A DNA stretch of 64,000 nucleotides from Methanocaldococcus sp. 28A (GCA_049852185.1 CP187540.1); one strand, 5' to 3'. Counted from the stretch's first letter, positions 11,009 through 22,535 are shown. Numbers and translations are program-made. Notes: a model not told the origin generated them from the sequence alone.

Positions 11009-11100
11009 CTATATTTTTTAAGATAATCTAAGAGACATTATTTAAGTTAATGCTTAAATAATGCATCCGTTTTGATGAAACTTTTTCTAAAAGTTTCTTT

Positions 11101-11337
11101 TTAAATAATCCTTTTAATAACTAATCTATAAGCTACACTAACCCCAGCTGTTGGACTTTTTCTAATTATTCTAATAACATCTCCCTCTTTAGCTCCAATC
11201 TCCTGAATAACAGGGTCGTCTTCATAAATTTTTGGTAGTTGCTGAATCTTTATATTATATCTCTTCAAAATCTCTTCAACTTCTTCTTTAGGAACTATTT
11301 CATGCTTTGGCACCAATATATGGTCTGTGACCTTCAA
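11101..11337 (-). CDS. rpoH: RNA polymerase subunit H (Rpo5)
   Basis: HILVPKHEI, LPKIYEDDP, SPTAG. Confidence 0.97.
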   Translation of the reverse strand: MKVTDHILVPKHEIVPKEEVEEILKRYNIKIQQLPKIYEDDPVIQEIGAKEGDVIRIIRKSPTAGVSVAYRLVIKRII

Positions 11338-11508
11338 GGTTACTCCTCCCTTACAGTTTTATTTAAATACTATAAAAACAATAAAATTAAAAAAAAGAAA
11401 CTACGTGAGATAGAGATAACTGTGATGCATCCTTAAAAATATTTCTTTCTCATATTTATTTTTTACTTTTATTACTTTATAAAAATATTTTTATGTTTAA
11501 ATTCCTTG

Positions 11509-12348
11509 TTAATTTTTTATAGCTACCTTAACCTTCTTTTTAGTCCCTTCCTTTAGATTTTTAACAAACTCTTCCAATTCTTTTAGGAATTTCTCTTCAT
11601 CTTTTATTTTGTTATTTTCATCTAAATGTTTCTCAACAATCTTAACAATCGCACTACCTACAATAGCTCCATCTGCTATTTCAGTTATTTCTTCAACATG
11701 CTCTCTCTTTGATATCCCAAATCCTACACAGGCAGGGATTTTTGAAAACTTTTTAACTTTTCTAATCAGCTCTTTTGTCTCTTCAGCTACTTTCTCTCTT
11801 GCTCCGGTAATTCCAGTTACAGACACAACATAAACAAATCCACTACACTTCTCTAAAATTTTTTTAAGCCTATCGTCTGGTGTCGTTGGTGCAACCAAAA
11901 ATATTAAATCAATTCCATACTCTTTACAGTAATTGTATAAGCTATCAGCTTCCTCAATTGGTAAATCAGGAACTATAATCCCTGCAATTCCAACCTCTTT
12001 ACATTTTTTAACAAACTCTTCCTCACCTATTTTAAATATAATATTATAATAAGTTAAAAACACCTTTGGAGTGTTTGGAAACTTATCATTCAATTTTTTA
12101 GCTAATTCAAAAGCTTTTAAAGGGTTCATCCCATTGTTTAAAGCTCTAACATCTGCTTTTTGTATTGTAATTCCATCTGCAACAGGGTCAGAAAATGGAA
12201 TTCCTATCTCAACAATATCTGCATGCTTACATATAACTTCTAACGCCTTTTCTGAAATCTCTAAGTTAGGGTCTCCTCCAACATAAAATGCAATAAATGC
12301 CTTTTCTCCTTTCTTTTTTAACTCTTCAAATTTTTCTGATAATTTCAT
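11509..12348 (-). CDS. trpA: Tryptophan synthase alpha chain
   Basis: EIGIPFSDPVADG, VGFGIS, DGAIVGSA. Confidence 0.97.
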   Translation of the reverse strand: MKLSEKFEELKKKGEKAFIAFYVGGDPNLEISEKALEVICKHADIVEIGIPFSDPVADGITIQKADVRALNNGMNPLKAFELAKKLNDKFPNTPKVFLTYYNIIFKIGEEEFVKKCKEVGIAGIIVPDLPIEEADSLYNYCKEYGIDLIFLVAPTTPDDRLKKILEKCSGFVYVVSVTGITGAREKVAEETKELIRKVKKFSKIPACVGFGISKREHVEEITEIADGAIVGSAIVKIVEKHLDENNKIKDEEKFLKELEEFVKNLKEGTKKKVKVAIKN

Positions 12349-12404
12349 AATCCTCCCTCAAAACTTTTAATAAAATAATTAATAAAATAATACGTATGTA
12401 TTTT

Positions 12405-13619
12405 TTAAATCTCCTTCCCTAAAGCTTTAGCAACTGTTTGAACGTCCTTATCTCCTCTACCAGACAGATTTATAACCATTACATCATCTTTATCCAACTT
12501 ATCAGCCAATTTAACAGCATAAGCTAATGCATGAGAGCTTTCTAATGCTGGCAAGATTCCCTCTAACCTACAAAGTAATTGAAATGCCTCTAAAGCTTCG
12601 TCATCAGTTACATAAACTGCCTTAATTCTTCCTTCATCCTTTAAAAATGAAAGCTCAGGCCCTACTCCAGGATAATCCAATCCTGCTGAGATACTATAAC
12701 TTTCTTCTATCTGCCCAAACTCATCCTCTATAACATAAATCTTAGCCCCATGTAAAACCCCAACTTCTCCAGCACATAATGAAGCTCCATGCATTCCTGT
12801 TTCAATTCCTTTTCCTCCAGCTTCAACAGCATATAATTCAATATCATCATCTAAAAACTCATAAAATGCTCCTATAGCATTACTTCCTCCTCCAACACAT
12901 GCAACAATAACATCTGGCAATTTTCCCTCTTTCTCTAATATTTGCTCTCTAATCTCTTTACCTATAACTCTTTGGAACTCTCTAACCATCATTGGATATG
13001 GATGAGGTCCTAAGGCAGAGCCAAGCAAATAATATGTTGTTCTAACATTTGTTGTCCAATCTCTTAAAGCTTCATTTACAGCATCTTTTAATGTTTGTGA
13101 GCCACCAAATACAGGAATAACTTTAGCTCCCATCAACTCCATTCTGAAAACATTCAACTTTTGCCTTTCAACATCCTTAGCTCCCATATATATTATGCAT
13201 TCCAACCCAAGTTTAGCACATGCTGCTGCAGTAGCAACTCCATGCTGTCCAGCTCCTGTTTCTGCTATGACTCTCTTCTTACCCATTTTTTTAGCTAATA
13301 AAGCTTGTCCTAAAGCGTTATTTATTTTATGAGCACCTAAATGAGCTAAATCCTCTCTCTTTAAATAAACTTTACAGCCAAGCTCTTCACTCAATCTTTT
13401 TGCATAGTATAATGGAGTAGGTCTTCCAACATAATCCCTCAATAAAGCATAATACTCCTCTCTAAAGTTTCCTTCATTGTTTATCCAAAATCTTTTAAAT
13501 GCCTCTTCTAATTCAATTATAGCTGGAACTAATGTTTCTGGAACGAATTTACCTCCATATATACCAAATTTTCCATTTTCATCTGGATACATGTCTTTAT
13601 ATTTCTTCAAGATAGACAC
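12405..13619 (-). CDS. trpB: Tryptophan synthase beta chain
   Basis: [32 protein letters not shown]. Confidence 0.98.
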   Translation of the reverse strand: MSILKKYKDMYPDENGKFGIYGGKFVPETLVPAIIELEEAFKRFWINNEGNFREEYYALLRDYVGRPTPLYYAKRLSEELGCKVYLKREDLAHLGAHKINNALGQALLAKKMGKKRVIAETGAGQHGVATAAACAKLGLECIIYMGAKDVERQKLNVFRMELMGAKVIPVFGGSQTLKDAVNEALRDWTTNVRTTYYLLGSALGPHPYPMMVREFQRVIGKEIREQILEKEGKLPDVIVACVGGGSNAIGAFYEFLDDDIELYAVEAGGKGIETGMHGASLCAGEVGVLHGAKIYVIEDEFGQIEESYSISAGLDYPGVGPELSFLKDEGRIKAVYVTDDEALEAFQLLCRLEGILPALESSHALAYAVKLADKLDKDDVMVINLSGRGDKDVQTVAKALGKEI

Positions 13620-13685
13620 CCCAAAAGATAATTTTAGCTTCAGAAATAGTATTTAGAAATATTACTTATACATTTGTCTTAATAT

Positions 13686-14400
13686 GAGTGTGTCTAAAAT
13701 CGAGTAATATATATTAATATATTAATACAATAACAAAATAAAAAATATTGTAGCGAAAAGATGGAACTCCAAGATATATGATATAAACGAGATATTAGAA
13801 GTTTTTGATTAGATTAGGATATTAAATTACCCAAAGGATTGAAGCCAAGAAAATATTCTATCGAACAATTACTTAAAGTTCTGTTGTTAAGGAGTTTTTG
13901 GGGGTATCGTTAAGAGCTATGGAAAAATTGACAGATATGTTTTTTTGGAGTTAGAATTGACCATTCAGTAACCATTACTGGGAAAAGAATATCGATAGTA
14001 AATCAAATTCTTAGGAGATTATGAAATTTAGATTATGAGAAGACATTTATCGACTCAACAAAGTTTTCGAATAAAGCAGGAGAATTGATAAAAATACATG
14101 CTATAACTCGTTACGATTCAGAAAATAAAACATTATTTCCAATATCTATAGGATTAGATAAATCGGACTTAGAGTTTGCTTATGGAGAGGGATATTTTTA
14201 TAATAATACGATGACAAGGATACTCTAAATAAAATAGTTAAATTCAACTACAAGCCAATAATAAAGAAAACAAAAAGAGGTTAAGGGCTATGGTGCTAAA
14301 ATTAGGGATAAAATCTTCGATAAAAAAGAATATAATAAAAGAGGAATATGCAAGGGTTGTTAGGACGGAAACCACATATAAAATGGGAGTTAGATAGAGA
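13686..14400 (+). pseudogene. Decayed DDE transposase (IS5/IS4-superfamily-like)
   Basis: Fragments across frames: KPRKYSIEQLLKVL, SLRAMEKL, RIDHS, HYWEK, FIDSTKFS; many stops and frameshifts. Confidence 0.55.
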
Positions 14401-14409
14401 TATAGATAA

Positions 14410-14745
14410 TATGCTTTAAGATACACAAATGAGTTGAGTGGTGGAGAACTGCAAAAAGTGATTATAGCAAGAGCTTTAGTACAAGAACCACAAATTTTAT
14501 TAATAGATGAGCCAACAAACAATTTAGATTTAAAAAATCAATAGGAAGTTATGAGAATTATTAGAGGTATATCAAAATCTCAAAATATTGCTTCAATTGT
14601 AGTTATGCATGATTTAAACTTAGCTTTAAGATATTCTGATAAATTTATAATGCTTAAAGATGGAGGTATTTACGCTGAAGGAGATAGAAGCATAATAACT
14701 CCTGAAAATATTAAGGGAATTCCAGTTGTAGTTCCAATAGGATAA
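14410..14745 (+). pseudogene. 3' fragment of Fe3+/cobalamin ABC transporter ATPase
   Basis: [33 protein letters not shown], in-frame TAG, then [12 protein letters not shown]; Walker A half missing. Confidence 0.85.
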
Positions 14746-14822
14746 TCTTTTTTATATTATGAATCTATAATATTATCCACTGCTATTTTGATGTTTATAA
14801 AAGACAATTTAAAAATTTTTAA

Positions 14823-16046
14823 GTGATGATTATGGTTGAGTTATTAGCTCCGGCAAATGATTTGACTTGTCTAAAAACAGCTATTGATTATGGTGCTGAT
14901 GCAGTTTATTGTGGATTGAAAGAGTTAAACATGAGAGCAAATGCAAAAAACTTTACAAGAGAGGAGTTAATAGAAGGAGTTAAATATGCTCACAACAATA
15001 ATAAAAAGGTTTATCTCTGCACAAATACAGTTGTTTATGAAAATGATTTAAAAAAAGTTGAGGAAATTTTGGAGTTTGCAAATTCTGCTGAGGTTGATGC
15101 TGTAATAGTTAGTGACTTAGGAACTATGCAGTTGGCAAATGAGTTAGGGTTGAGGGTTCATGCAAGCGTCCAATGTAATATAACAAACTCTTTAACTGCC
15201 AAATTTTATTCAAAATTTGTTAAGAGGGTTATATTATCAAGAGAATTAACTTTAAATCAAATAAAAAATATTAGAGAAAATTTAAAAAAAGAAAAAATTA
15301 ACTTAGAGTTAGAGGGCTTTATTCATGGTGCTTTGTGTGTAGCTATAAGTGGAAGGTGTTTTTTAAGCTCTTATCTATTTAATAGACATGCTAATTGCGG
15401 AGATTGCTTACAACCTTGTAGAAGAAAATGGAAGTTGATTAATGAGCATTATGATGGAAAATATGAAGTAGTTTGCGAAGGAAAATATTTATTATCTCCA
15501 AAAGATTTATGTATGATTGAATATATTCCTCAATTAATGGAGGTTTTTGATTCATTTAAAATTGAAGGTAGGGCAAAAAATGCAGATTATGTTATGAGAA
15601 CAACAAAAGTTTATAGAGAGGCAATAGATAGCGTTTTAGATGGAACTTATTATGATAAACTTGAATATTTCAAAAAAGAGCTACAAAAAGTATATAATAG
15701 AGAGTATGATACAGGATTTTACTTTAGAGATATCAATAAAAATCATGATTTCCAATATGAAATAGAGGGAAATGCTTCAAAATTTAGAAAGGTTGAGATA
15801 GGGAGAGTTGTTAATTTTTATAAAAAGGTTAGCGTTGCTGAAATTGAATTATGGGATGACTTAAAAATTGGAGATACTATATTAATAATTGGAAAAACTA
15901 CTGGATGTGTTGAAGAGGTAGTTGAATCAATGCAGATAAACCATAAAGATGTCAAAATAGCAAAAAAAGGAGACAGAGTAGGAATTAAGTTGAATCATTT
16001 AGTTAGAGAGGGAGATAGAGTTTATCTATTAAAAGAACTCAAATAA
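14823..16046 (+). CDS. Peptidase U32 family protein (Fe-S dependent hydroxylation family)
   Basis: ELLAPA, HGALCVAISGRC, CLQPCR, KIEGR. Confidence 0.92.
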   Translation: MMIMVELLAPANDLTCLKTAIDYGADAVYCGLKELNMRANAKNFTREELIEGVKYAHNNNKKVYLCTNTVVYENDLKKVEEILEFANSAEVDAVIVSDLGTMQLANELGLRVHASVQCNITNSLTAKFYSKFVKRVILSRELTLNQIKNIRENLKKEKINLELEGFIHGALCVAISGRCFLSSYLFNRHANCGDCLQPCRRKWKLINEHYDGKYEVVCEGKYLLSPKDLCMIEYIPQLMEVFDSFKIEGRAKNADYVMRTTKVYREAIDSVLDGTYYDKLEYFKKELQKVYNREYDTGFYFRDINKNHDFQYEIEGNASKFRKVEIGRVVNFYKKVSVAEIELWDDLKIGDTILIIGKTTGCVEEVVESMQINHKDVKIAKKGDRVGIKLNHLVREGDRVYLLKELK

Positions 16047-16059
16047 TTAGGTAGATATA

Positions 16060-16974
16060 ATGCTGATTTTAGGAGTAGCTTATTTTCTATTGGGGCTTGT
16101 TTTATTATATTTTGGAAGTGACTGGTTTGTTTTGGGGAGTGAAAGGATAGCAAAATATTTTAATGTATCAAACTTTGTCATTGGAGCTACCGTCATGGCT
16201 ATTGGAACTTCTTTACCGGAGATATTAACCTCTGCTTATGCATCATATATGCATGCTCCTGGAATCTCCATAGGAAATGCTATTGGCTCATGTATTTGTA
16301 ATATTGGCTTAGTTCTTGGAATTAGTGCAATTATAAGTCCAATAATAGTTGATAGAAATTTGAAGAAGAATGTTTTTGTCTATTTTTTATTTGTTCTATT
16401 TACATTTATAATTGGCTTTGATGGATTTTCATGGATTGATGGAATAATCTTATTAATACTTTTTGCCATTTATTTAAGATGGATTATAAATAATGGAAAT
16501 GTAGAGAAGACAAATAAAGAAGATGAGAAAAAATACAATCTTTCATTAGCATTTTCCTTAGTTTTATTAATTATTGGTTTATTAGGAGTTTTAGTTGGAG
16601 CGGAGTTGTTTGTCGATGGAGCAAAAAAGATAGCTTCTGCTTTAAATGTGTCTGATAAGGTTATTGGATTTACATTAGTTGCTTTTGGAACGTCTGTTCC
16701 TGAATTAATGGTTTCTTTAGCAGCAGCAAAAAGAAATCTTGGAGGGAGGGTTCTAGGAAATGTTGTTGGAAGTAATATGGCTGATATTGGTGGGGGTTTA
16801 GCTATTGGAAGCTTATTTATATATCTTCCACCAGAAAACGTCCAAATGAGTATTTTATTAATTATGAGCTTTCTGCTTTATTTATTTGCAAGATATTCAA
16901 AAATTGGAAGATGGCAGGGAATTTTATTCATAATTCTTTATATAATTGCTATAGCTTCTTTAGGGTTGGGATAA
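16060..16974 (+). CDS. Na+/Ca2+ exchanger (CaCA family, NCX_Mj-like)
   Basis: Alpha repeats GTSLPE and GTSVPE; about 10 TM segments. Confidence 0.93.
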   Translation: MLILGVAYFLLGLVLLYFGSDWFVLGSERIAKYFNVSNFVIGATVMAIGTSLPEILTSAYASYMHAPGISIGNAIGSCICNIGLVLGISAIISPIIVDRNLKKNVFVYFLFVLFTFIIGFDGFSWIDGIILLILFAIYLRWIINNGNVEKTNKEDEKKYNLSLAFSLVLLIIGLLGVLVGAELFVDGAKKIASALNVSDKVIGFTLVAFGTSVPELMVSLAAAKRNLGGRVLGNVVGSNMADIGGGLAIGSLFIYLPPENVQMSILLIMSFLLYLFARYSKIGRWQGILFIILYIIAIASLGLG

Positions 16975-18443
16975 TGGGAAAAATAAAGATTAAGAGATTT
17001 AATGGAAAGAAAGAGTATTTTGAAAGCTATAATGTTCCAGATAATATAACTGTATTGGAAGCTTTAGAGTATATAAATAAAAATTATAACGCTAATATTT
17101 TATTTAGAGCTTCGTGTAGAAATGGGCAATGTGGCTCTTGCACTTTAACAATAAATGGAGAACCAAAATTAGCATGTGAGACAAAGGTAGAGGATGGAAT
17201 GATAATTGAGCCATTAAAAGGGTTTAAAGTAATTAGAGATTTGATTGTTGATAGAGAATCATATTATAAAAAGTTATTAGGCATAAAAAACTATATTGTA
17301 AGGAAAAACTATCCTGAAGAGCTTGAAATTATTCTTCCAAAATATGTTGAAGAGAGTAGAGAGCTTAGAGGATGTATTGATTGCTTATCCTGCTTATCTA
17401 CATGTCCAGCGAGGGAAATTAGCGATTATCCTGGTCCAACATTTATGAGACAACTTGCAAGATTTGCATTTGATAAGAGAGATGAAGATAACAGAGAGAT
17501 TACTGCATATTTTGAAAATATTTACAACTGCACAACATGTGCAAAGTGTGTAGAAGTTTGTCCAAAAGAGATTGATATTGTCCATAAAGCCATAGAAAGA
17601 TTGAGAGCTTTAGCATTTAGTAAGGGTTATTATATAGAGAATCATTTAAAAGTTAGAGAAAATGTTTTAAAATACAACAGAAGTGTTGTTGAAGAAGAAA
17701 CTCCATTATTAAAGCAAGTAAATAACATTTATGAAGCTGAAAATGAAAAGTTAAGAGTAGCTTTCTTTACGGGATGTTTAGTTGATTTTAGATTACAAAA
17801 TGTAGGGAAAGATGCAATAAAGGTTTTAAACGCTCATGGTGTATCGGTTGTTATTCCTAAAAATCAGGTTTGTTGTGGCTCTCCATTCTTTAGAACTGGG
17901 CAGAGAGATGTAGCTGAAATGCTAAAAAAGAAAAATTTAGAGATATTTAATAAGTTAGATGTTGATTGTGTTGTAACAATATGTGCCGGATGTGGAAGCA
18001 CATTAAAAAATGATTATAAGGAGAGAGAATTTGAAGTTAAAGATATAACAGAAGTTTTAACTGAAGTAGGGCTTTTAAAATATAAACCATTAAAGATGAG
18101 AGTTACTTATCACGACCCATGTCATTTAAGAAGAGGACAGAAAATATATGAGCAACCAAGAGAGATTTTAAAATCTATTCCTGAACTTGAATTTGTTGAT
18201 ATAGAGGCAAGATGTTGTGGAGCTGGAGGAGGAGTGAGAAGCGGAAAACCAGAGATTGCCAATTTAATAGGAAAGAGAAGAGCGAAGATGATATACAATG
18301 CAAATGTAGATGCTGTAATTACAGTTTGTCCATTCTGTGAATACCACATAAAAGATAATTTAAAAAGGTTTAAAGAAGAAAATAAATTAGAAAAAGATAT
18401 CGAAGTCATGAATATTGTCTCTTTATTAAGCAAAGTAATTTAA
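16974..18443 (+). CDS. tfrB: Thiol:fumarate reductase subunit B (Fe-S and CCG domains)
   Basis: 2Fe-2S SCRNGQCGSC, two 4Fe-4S motifs, two CCG domains; probable start ATG 16974 overlapping the upstream stop. Confidence 0.88.
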   Translation: MGKIKIKRFNGKKEYFESYNVPDNITVLEALEYINKNYNANILFRASCRNGQCGSCTLTINGEPKLACETKVEDGMIIEPLKGFKVIRDLIVDRESYYKKLLGIKNYIVRKNYPEELEIILPKYVEESRELRGCIDCLSCLSTCPAREISDYPGPTFMRQLARFAFDKRDEDNREITAYFENIYNCTTCAKCVEVCPKEIDIVHKAIERLRALAFSKGYYIENHLKVRENVLKYNRSVVEEETPLLKQVNNIYEAENEKLRVAFFTGCLVDFRLQNVGKDAIKVLNAHGVSVVIPKNQVCCGSPFFRTGQRDVAEMLKKKNLEIFNKLDVDCVVTICAGCGSTLKNDYKEREFEVKDITEVLTEVGLLKYKPLKMRVTYHDPCHLRRGQKIYEQPREILKSIPELEFVDIEARCCGAGGGVRSGKPEIANLIGKRRAKMIYNANVDAVITVCPFCEYHIKDNLKRFKEENKLEKDIEVMNIVSLLSKVI

Positions 18444-18499
18444 TAAAACTTTTTATATTATCCATTTATTGCATGTGAAAGTTCTATTAACTCTAAAAT

Positions 18500-18928
18500 T
18501 TATATTCCTACATATATTTTTTTACCTAAAATTTCAATAATTTCTTTATCTCCTTCTGGCATTTCTTTAACAACCTCTATATAATCTCTGTTAGCAATAT
18601 CATTGCTTAAAATATCCAAGATATATTTTAAATCTTCATCATCTGTATAAATCTTAGCCTTTACTTTAAATTTCTTTGCTAATCTTGCAATATCTCTTAG
18701 AGCTAATTTTGCTTCTGTAATTAGCTCTAAATATTTTTTAGCTTTCTTTAAATCTTCATCTTTTCCTATTAATACAGGATATTTCACATTATATATCTCA
18801 TTTTCTCTAACATCAAACTTAACATTGCAAATCTCTATTAATCTGGCGATTATTGACTGCGGCAATCCTGGAGGAATTGGAATTTCTTTTTCATCAATAT
18901 CATAGCATTTAAAATTAAAGTTCTCCAT
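18500..18928 (-). CDS. Conserved methanogen hypothetical protein
   Basis: 142-aa ORF with RBS, co-oriented with marker 7 gene. Confidence 0.8.
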   Translation of the reverse strand: MENFNFKCYDIDEKEIPIPPGLPQSIIARLIEICNVKFDVRENEIYNVKYPVLIGKDEDLKKAKKYLELITEAKLALRDIARLAKKFKVKAKIYTDDEDLKYILDILSNDIANRDYIEVVKEMPEGDKEIIEILGKKIYVGI

Positions 18929-18969
18929 ATTTTTCCCTCATAATGTTTTAATAAATAAAAAACTAAAAT

Positions 18970-19890
18970 TTATGCTATATTTTTATGCATTTCAAACTCT
19001 ACTTCTGATTTAGGTTTTATTTTTATTAATATATAGTTTTTCATTACACTTCTTTTAATATCGGCTATATCCTCCAACTTATAGTTTTTAACTTTAACTT
19101 CTCTAATTTTATCAGCATATTTATCATAATCCAATTTAACTCTCAATCCATCTAACTGTGTAACAATAGGCATTGGTGATAATATAGAGAAAACTTCTTC
19201 AACCTGCTTTTCAATTTCATCTTTAACTACTACTGGTGGAACAATTGGAGGGTCGTAAGATAACTCTCTCCTTCTCTCATTTATAAGTTCTGTTATTACC
19301 TCAACCATCTTTCTTAAAGCTCTAATCTCTTCTCCGTGTCTTAACCTATGGCTTCTCCTTCCAAGATTTCCTACATAAGGATAAGGAATATCTATTTTTT
19401 CAGGTCCCCCTGTAACAACAACAGGAATATCTACATCAAATAAATGAGTTTTGTCTTTAATACATGCCTCAAAATTACCCATTACATAAACTGCTAAATC
19501 ATGCTCCTCTATTAATCTTTTTTCTTTCTCTCTTAATTGAGATATATCTTTTCCAACACCTCTTGCCAATCCAATCATGTTTGGTTTAGCTCCAAATCTC
19601 CTTAAATATTCTGAAATATCACACGCTGTGTGTGGAAGATGATGCCTTGACAAACTTGGAGCTACAACCGCAATCTCAGTTCCAGCTAATGGAGTCTCTA
19701 TAATCTTACCTTTGTATTTTTTAGCTTCCTCTTTAATATTTTCAAGTTCACTTTGTGGAATTGCTAAAGTCATATAAACATCCAACTGCATAATGTGCTC
19801 TTGGATAACAAACCCACCAATATCTTCAATCCATTCTTTGAAGATATTATTTTTATAAACTCCTCCTTCATATCTAACTATCTCATACAT
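18970..19890 (-). CDS. Methanogenesis marker protein 7
   Basis: MYEIVRYEGGVYK start behind GGTGA; SLSRHHLPHTACDISEYLRRFG. Confidence 0.88.
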   Translation of the reverse strand: MYEIVRYEGGVYKNNIFKEWIEDIGGFVIQEHIMQLDVYMTLAIPQSELENIKEEAKKYKGKIIETPLAGTEIAVVAPSLSRHHLPHTACDISEYLRRFGAKPNMIGLARGVGKDISQLREKEKRLIEEHDLAVYVMGNFEACIKDKTHLFDVDIPVVVTGGPEKIDIPYPYVGNLGRRSHRLRHGEEIRALRKMVEVITELINERRRELSYDPPIVPPVVVKDEIEKQVEEVFSILSPMPIVTQLDGLRVKLDYDKYADKIREVKVKNYKLEDIADIKRSVMKNYILIKIKPKSEVEFEMHKNIA

Positions 19891-19995
19891 TAAAATCACC
19901 AAACTTTCAGGTTTATTAAAAACATCATTAAAAAATATTTTATTATATTCCAACTTTTTATTTTTTACCAACCAAATTTTAAGGAAAACTAACAC

Positions 19996-20388
19996 CTAAC
20001 TTTTTTTCCTTTCTTCCATAAGAAACTTTCTAACTGAATAAGAAACATGGTGAGCTATGTTTATAGCCTCTAACTCTCCTCTTGTCTTTGGAAATATCAC
20101 ATCTTTATTTAAAATTGCAGATACTATATCTTTGGACATATTAAAAAACTCCCCTCTCTCACATAAAATGTAATCAAAATCATCTCCAATCTTTTCAATC
20201 AGCTCTTTAACCTCTTTAACAATATCTCTCAATTTCTGAGTTTTTTCTTCTTTAACCATAATATCTATTTTTTCTACATGTACAATCCTATCTGCTTTAA
20301 TTTCAACTAAAACCCCAGCATAAACCCTAAAAAACATATCATTTTCATGATGCCTTCCGGATATGTCTATTGCTAATACCTTAATCAT
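19996..20388 (-). CDS. DUF2209-like methanogen protein
   Basis: AIDISGRH, CERGEF, ELEAINIAHH. Confidence 0.75.
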   Translation of the reverse strand: MIKVLAIDISGRHHENDMFFRVYAGVLVEIKADRIVHVEKIDIMVKEEKTQKLRDIVKEVKELIEKIGDDFDYILCERGEFFNMSKDIVSAILNKDVIFPKTRGELEAINIAHHVSYSVRKFLMEERKKS

Positions 20389-20404
20389 ATCACCTCAAAT
20401 CTTA

Positions 20405-20900
20405 GTACAGTATCTCCGAACATCATAAAATGAATAAAAAAGAAAAAAGTTAATATTTCATAATATCGTAGTTATAAAAAAATAGGAGGTGATAGAACAA
20501 TGAACGACATAAGATTGTTGGATATAAAATCATTTAATGAATTTAACGAATTCATAAGCAATGTTCTTCAAATTTGTCTAAGGATTTATCGAGTTGAAGA
20601 TTATACAAGAGGATTTATAAAGGCAATGTCGAACAATACCTATTTAGAGACCATTAGCAAGCTAAATTTCCATTGGCAGACTCTTACTCTCGAATATAAA
20701 TAAGGCAAACGATACTATGTTTAAAGAAGTTTATAAATCTTTCGTTAAAAATCGTATTCAATTAAAAAAAAGCAATGGAAATTTTTGGCTATCGATAGAT
20801 ACGCATTTTGAGGGTTATTATAGTAATAATTTTTAGAATTAATTAACAAATAAAGAGAGAGGCAATCGTGAATAAGACAATCTTAACGGATAATTTAGAT
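20405..20900 (+). pseudogene. Decayed transposase remnant (ISH3/IS4-like)
   Basis: RBS plus ORF 20500-20703, then fragments FLAID...THFEGYY resembling the first DDE aspartate motif; multiple stops. Confidence 0.4.
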
Positions 20901-20934
20901 ATGGCTCGAATATGTTTTGAAAACTTCTCAATTA

Positions 20935-20994
20935 TAGGACTTTCGGAGGTATAAATAATAACAATAAATAAACTTTATTGAATAGAAAGTCCTA
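20935..20994. repeat. Family 1 repeat, shortened copy
   Basis: TAGGACTTTC...GAAAGTCCTA. Confidence 0.65.
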
Positions 20995-21416
20995 CACTGT
21001 TAATCTCATTTTTTTCCACAAATATTTGATTTAGGTGGACATGTATCTAATTAAGTTATTTTAAAATCCAAACGTTGGATTTCAAATATCTTATATATGC
21101 TCTATCTGTAAGATTTAAATATCTTTAATATAATTAATATATAATTTAATATAATTAATACTGCTATTGCTCTTGGATTACAACATAGTCTCCCAGTCTT
21201 ATTGTTCTTTAATCTATATAGAAGCTCTCCATGACTTCGTATTCGTTATAATAGTTCTCTTTCAATTTTTTTGCTTCATATTCATTTATCTCTTCCTTAT
21301 TTTTGTTATTTATCATTTATACACTTCTTGTCCAAACTTCATTATGTTTGTATAGTTTATACCTTTGATGGGAACTATGCTATTAATAAAATTAATAACT
21401 ATCCTTAACATTTATA

Positions 21417-22535
21417 ATGGTGGAGATTATGTTATCAAGAAGACTTTTAAATTTTGAATCTTTTGAGGTTATGGATATTTTGGCTTTAGCTCAAAAACTT
21501 GAAATTGATAAGAAGGTTATACATTTAGAAATTGGGGAGCCAGATTTTAATACTCCAAAGTTAATAGTTGAAGAAGGGATTAAAGCTTTAAAAGAAGGAT
21601 TGACTCATTATACAGACAGTAGAGGGATTTTGGAGTTGAGGGAGAAGATTGAGGAGCTATATAAAGGTAAATATAAAGCAGATATAAATCCAGATAACAT
21701 AATTATTACTGGAGGTAGTTCTTTAGGTTTATTTTTTGCTCTATCTTCAATAATTGATGAGGGTGATGAAGTTTTAATTCAAAATCCCTCATATCCATGT
21801 TATAAAAATTTTATTAGGTTTTTGGGAGCTAAACCAGTATTTTGTGATTTTACAGTTGAAAGTTTAGAAAAAGCATTATCTAATAAAACTAAAGCTATAA
21901 TCATAAATTCCCCATCAAATCCATTAGGGGAGGCTATAGATAAGGAGATTTATGAATTTGCTTATGAAAACATCCCTTACATTATCTCTGATGAAATCTA
22001 CAACGGCTTAGTTTATGAAGGAAAATGCTATTCAGCTATTGAGTTTGATGAAAATTTGGAAAAAACAATATTGGTTAATGGATTCTCTAAGCTGTATGCG
22101 ATGACTGGATGGAGAATTGGTTATGTTCTATCAAATAAAAAAATTATTGAAGCAGTGTTAAAATTACAGCAAAATTTATTCATCTCAGCTCCAACAATGT
22201 CTCAATATGCCGCGTTAAAAGCCTTTGAAAAAGAAACTGAAAAAGAAATAAATAATATGATAAAAGAATTTAATAGAAGGAGGAAATTGGTTTTAAAATA
22301 TGTTAAATATTTTGGATGGAAAGTTAATAACCCAATTGGAGCTTATTATGTCTTTCCAAACATTGGAGAGGATGGGAGAGAATTTGCTTACAAATTATTG
22401 AAAGAGAAGTATGTCGCTGTAACTCCAGGAATAGGTTTTGGTAGTAAAGGAAAGAATTGTGTTAGAATTTCTTACGCAAATTCATATGAAAAAATAAAAG
22501 AAGGGATGGAGAGAATAAAGGAATTTAATGAATAG
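21417..22535 (+). CDS. PLP-dependent class I/II aminotransferase
   Basis: GEPDF, INSPSNPLG, SDEIY, GFSKLYAMTGWRIG. Confidence 0.95.
   Translation: MVEIMLSRRLLNFESFEVMDILALAQKLEIDKKVIHLEIGEPDFNTPKLIVEEGIKALKEGLTHYTDSRGILELREKIEELYKGKYKADINPDNIIITGGSSLGLFFALSSIIDEGDEVLIQNPSYPCYKNFIRFLGAKPVFCDFTVESLEKALSNKTKAIIINSPSNPLGEAIDKEIYEFAYENIPYIISDEIYNGLVYEGKCYSAIEFDENLEKTILVNGFSKLYAMTGWRIGYVLSNKKIIEAVLKLQQNLFISAPTMSQYAALKAFEKETEKEINNMIKEFNRRRKLVLKYVKYFGWKVNNPIGAYYVFPNIGEDGREFAYKLLKEKYVAVTPGIGFGSKGKNCVRISYANSYEKIKEGMERIKEFNE

Noticed and set aside
16911-16973. N-terminal extension of TfrB in the ORF track
   Set aside because: Overlaps the NCX gene; ATG at 16974 is translationally coupled and more plausible
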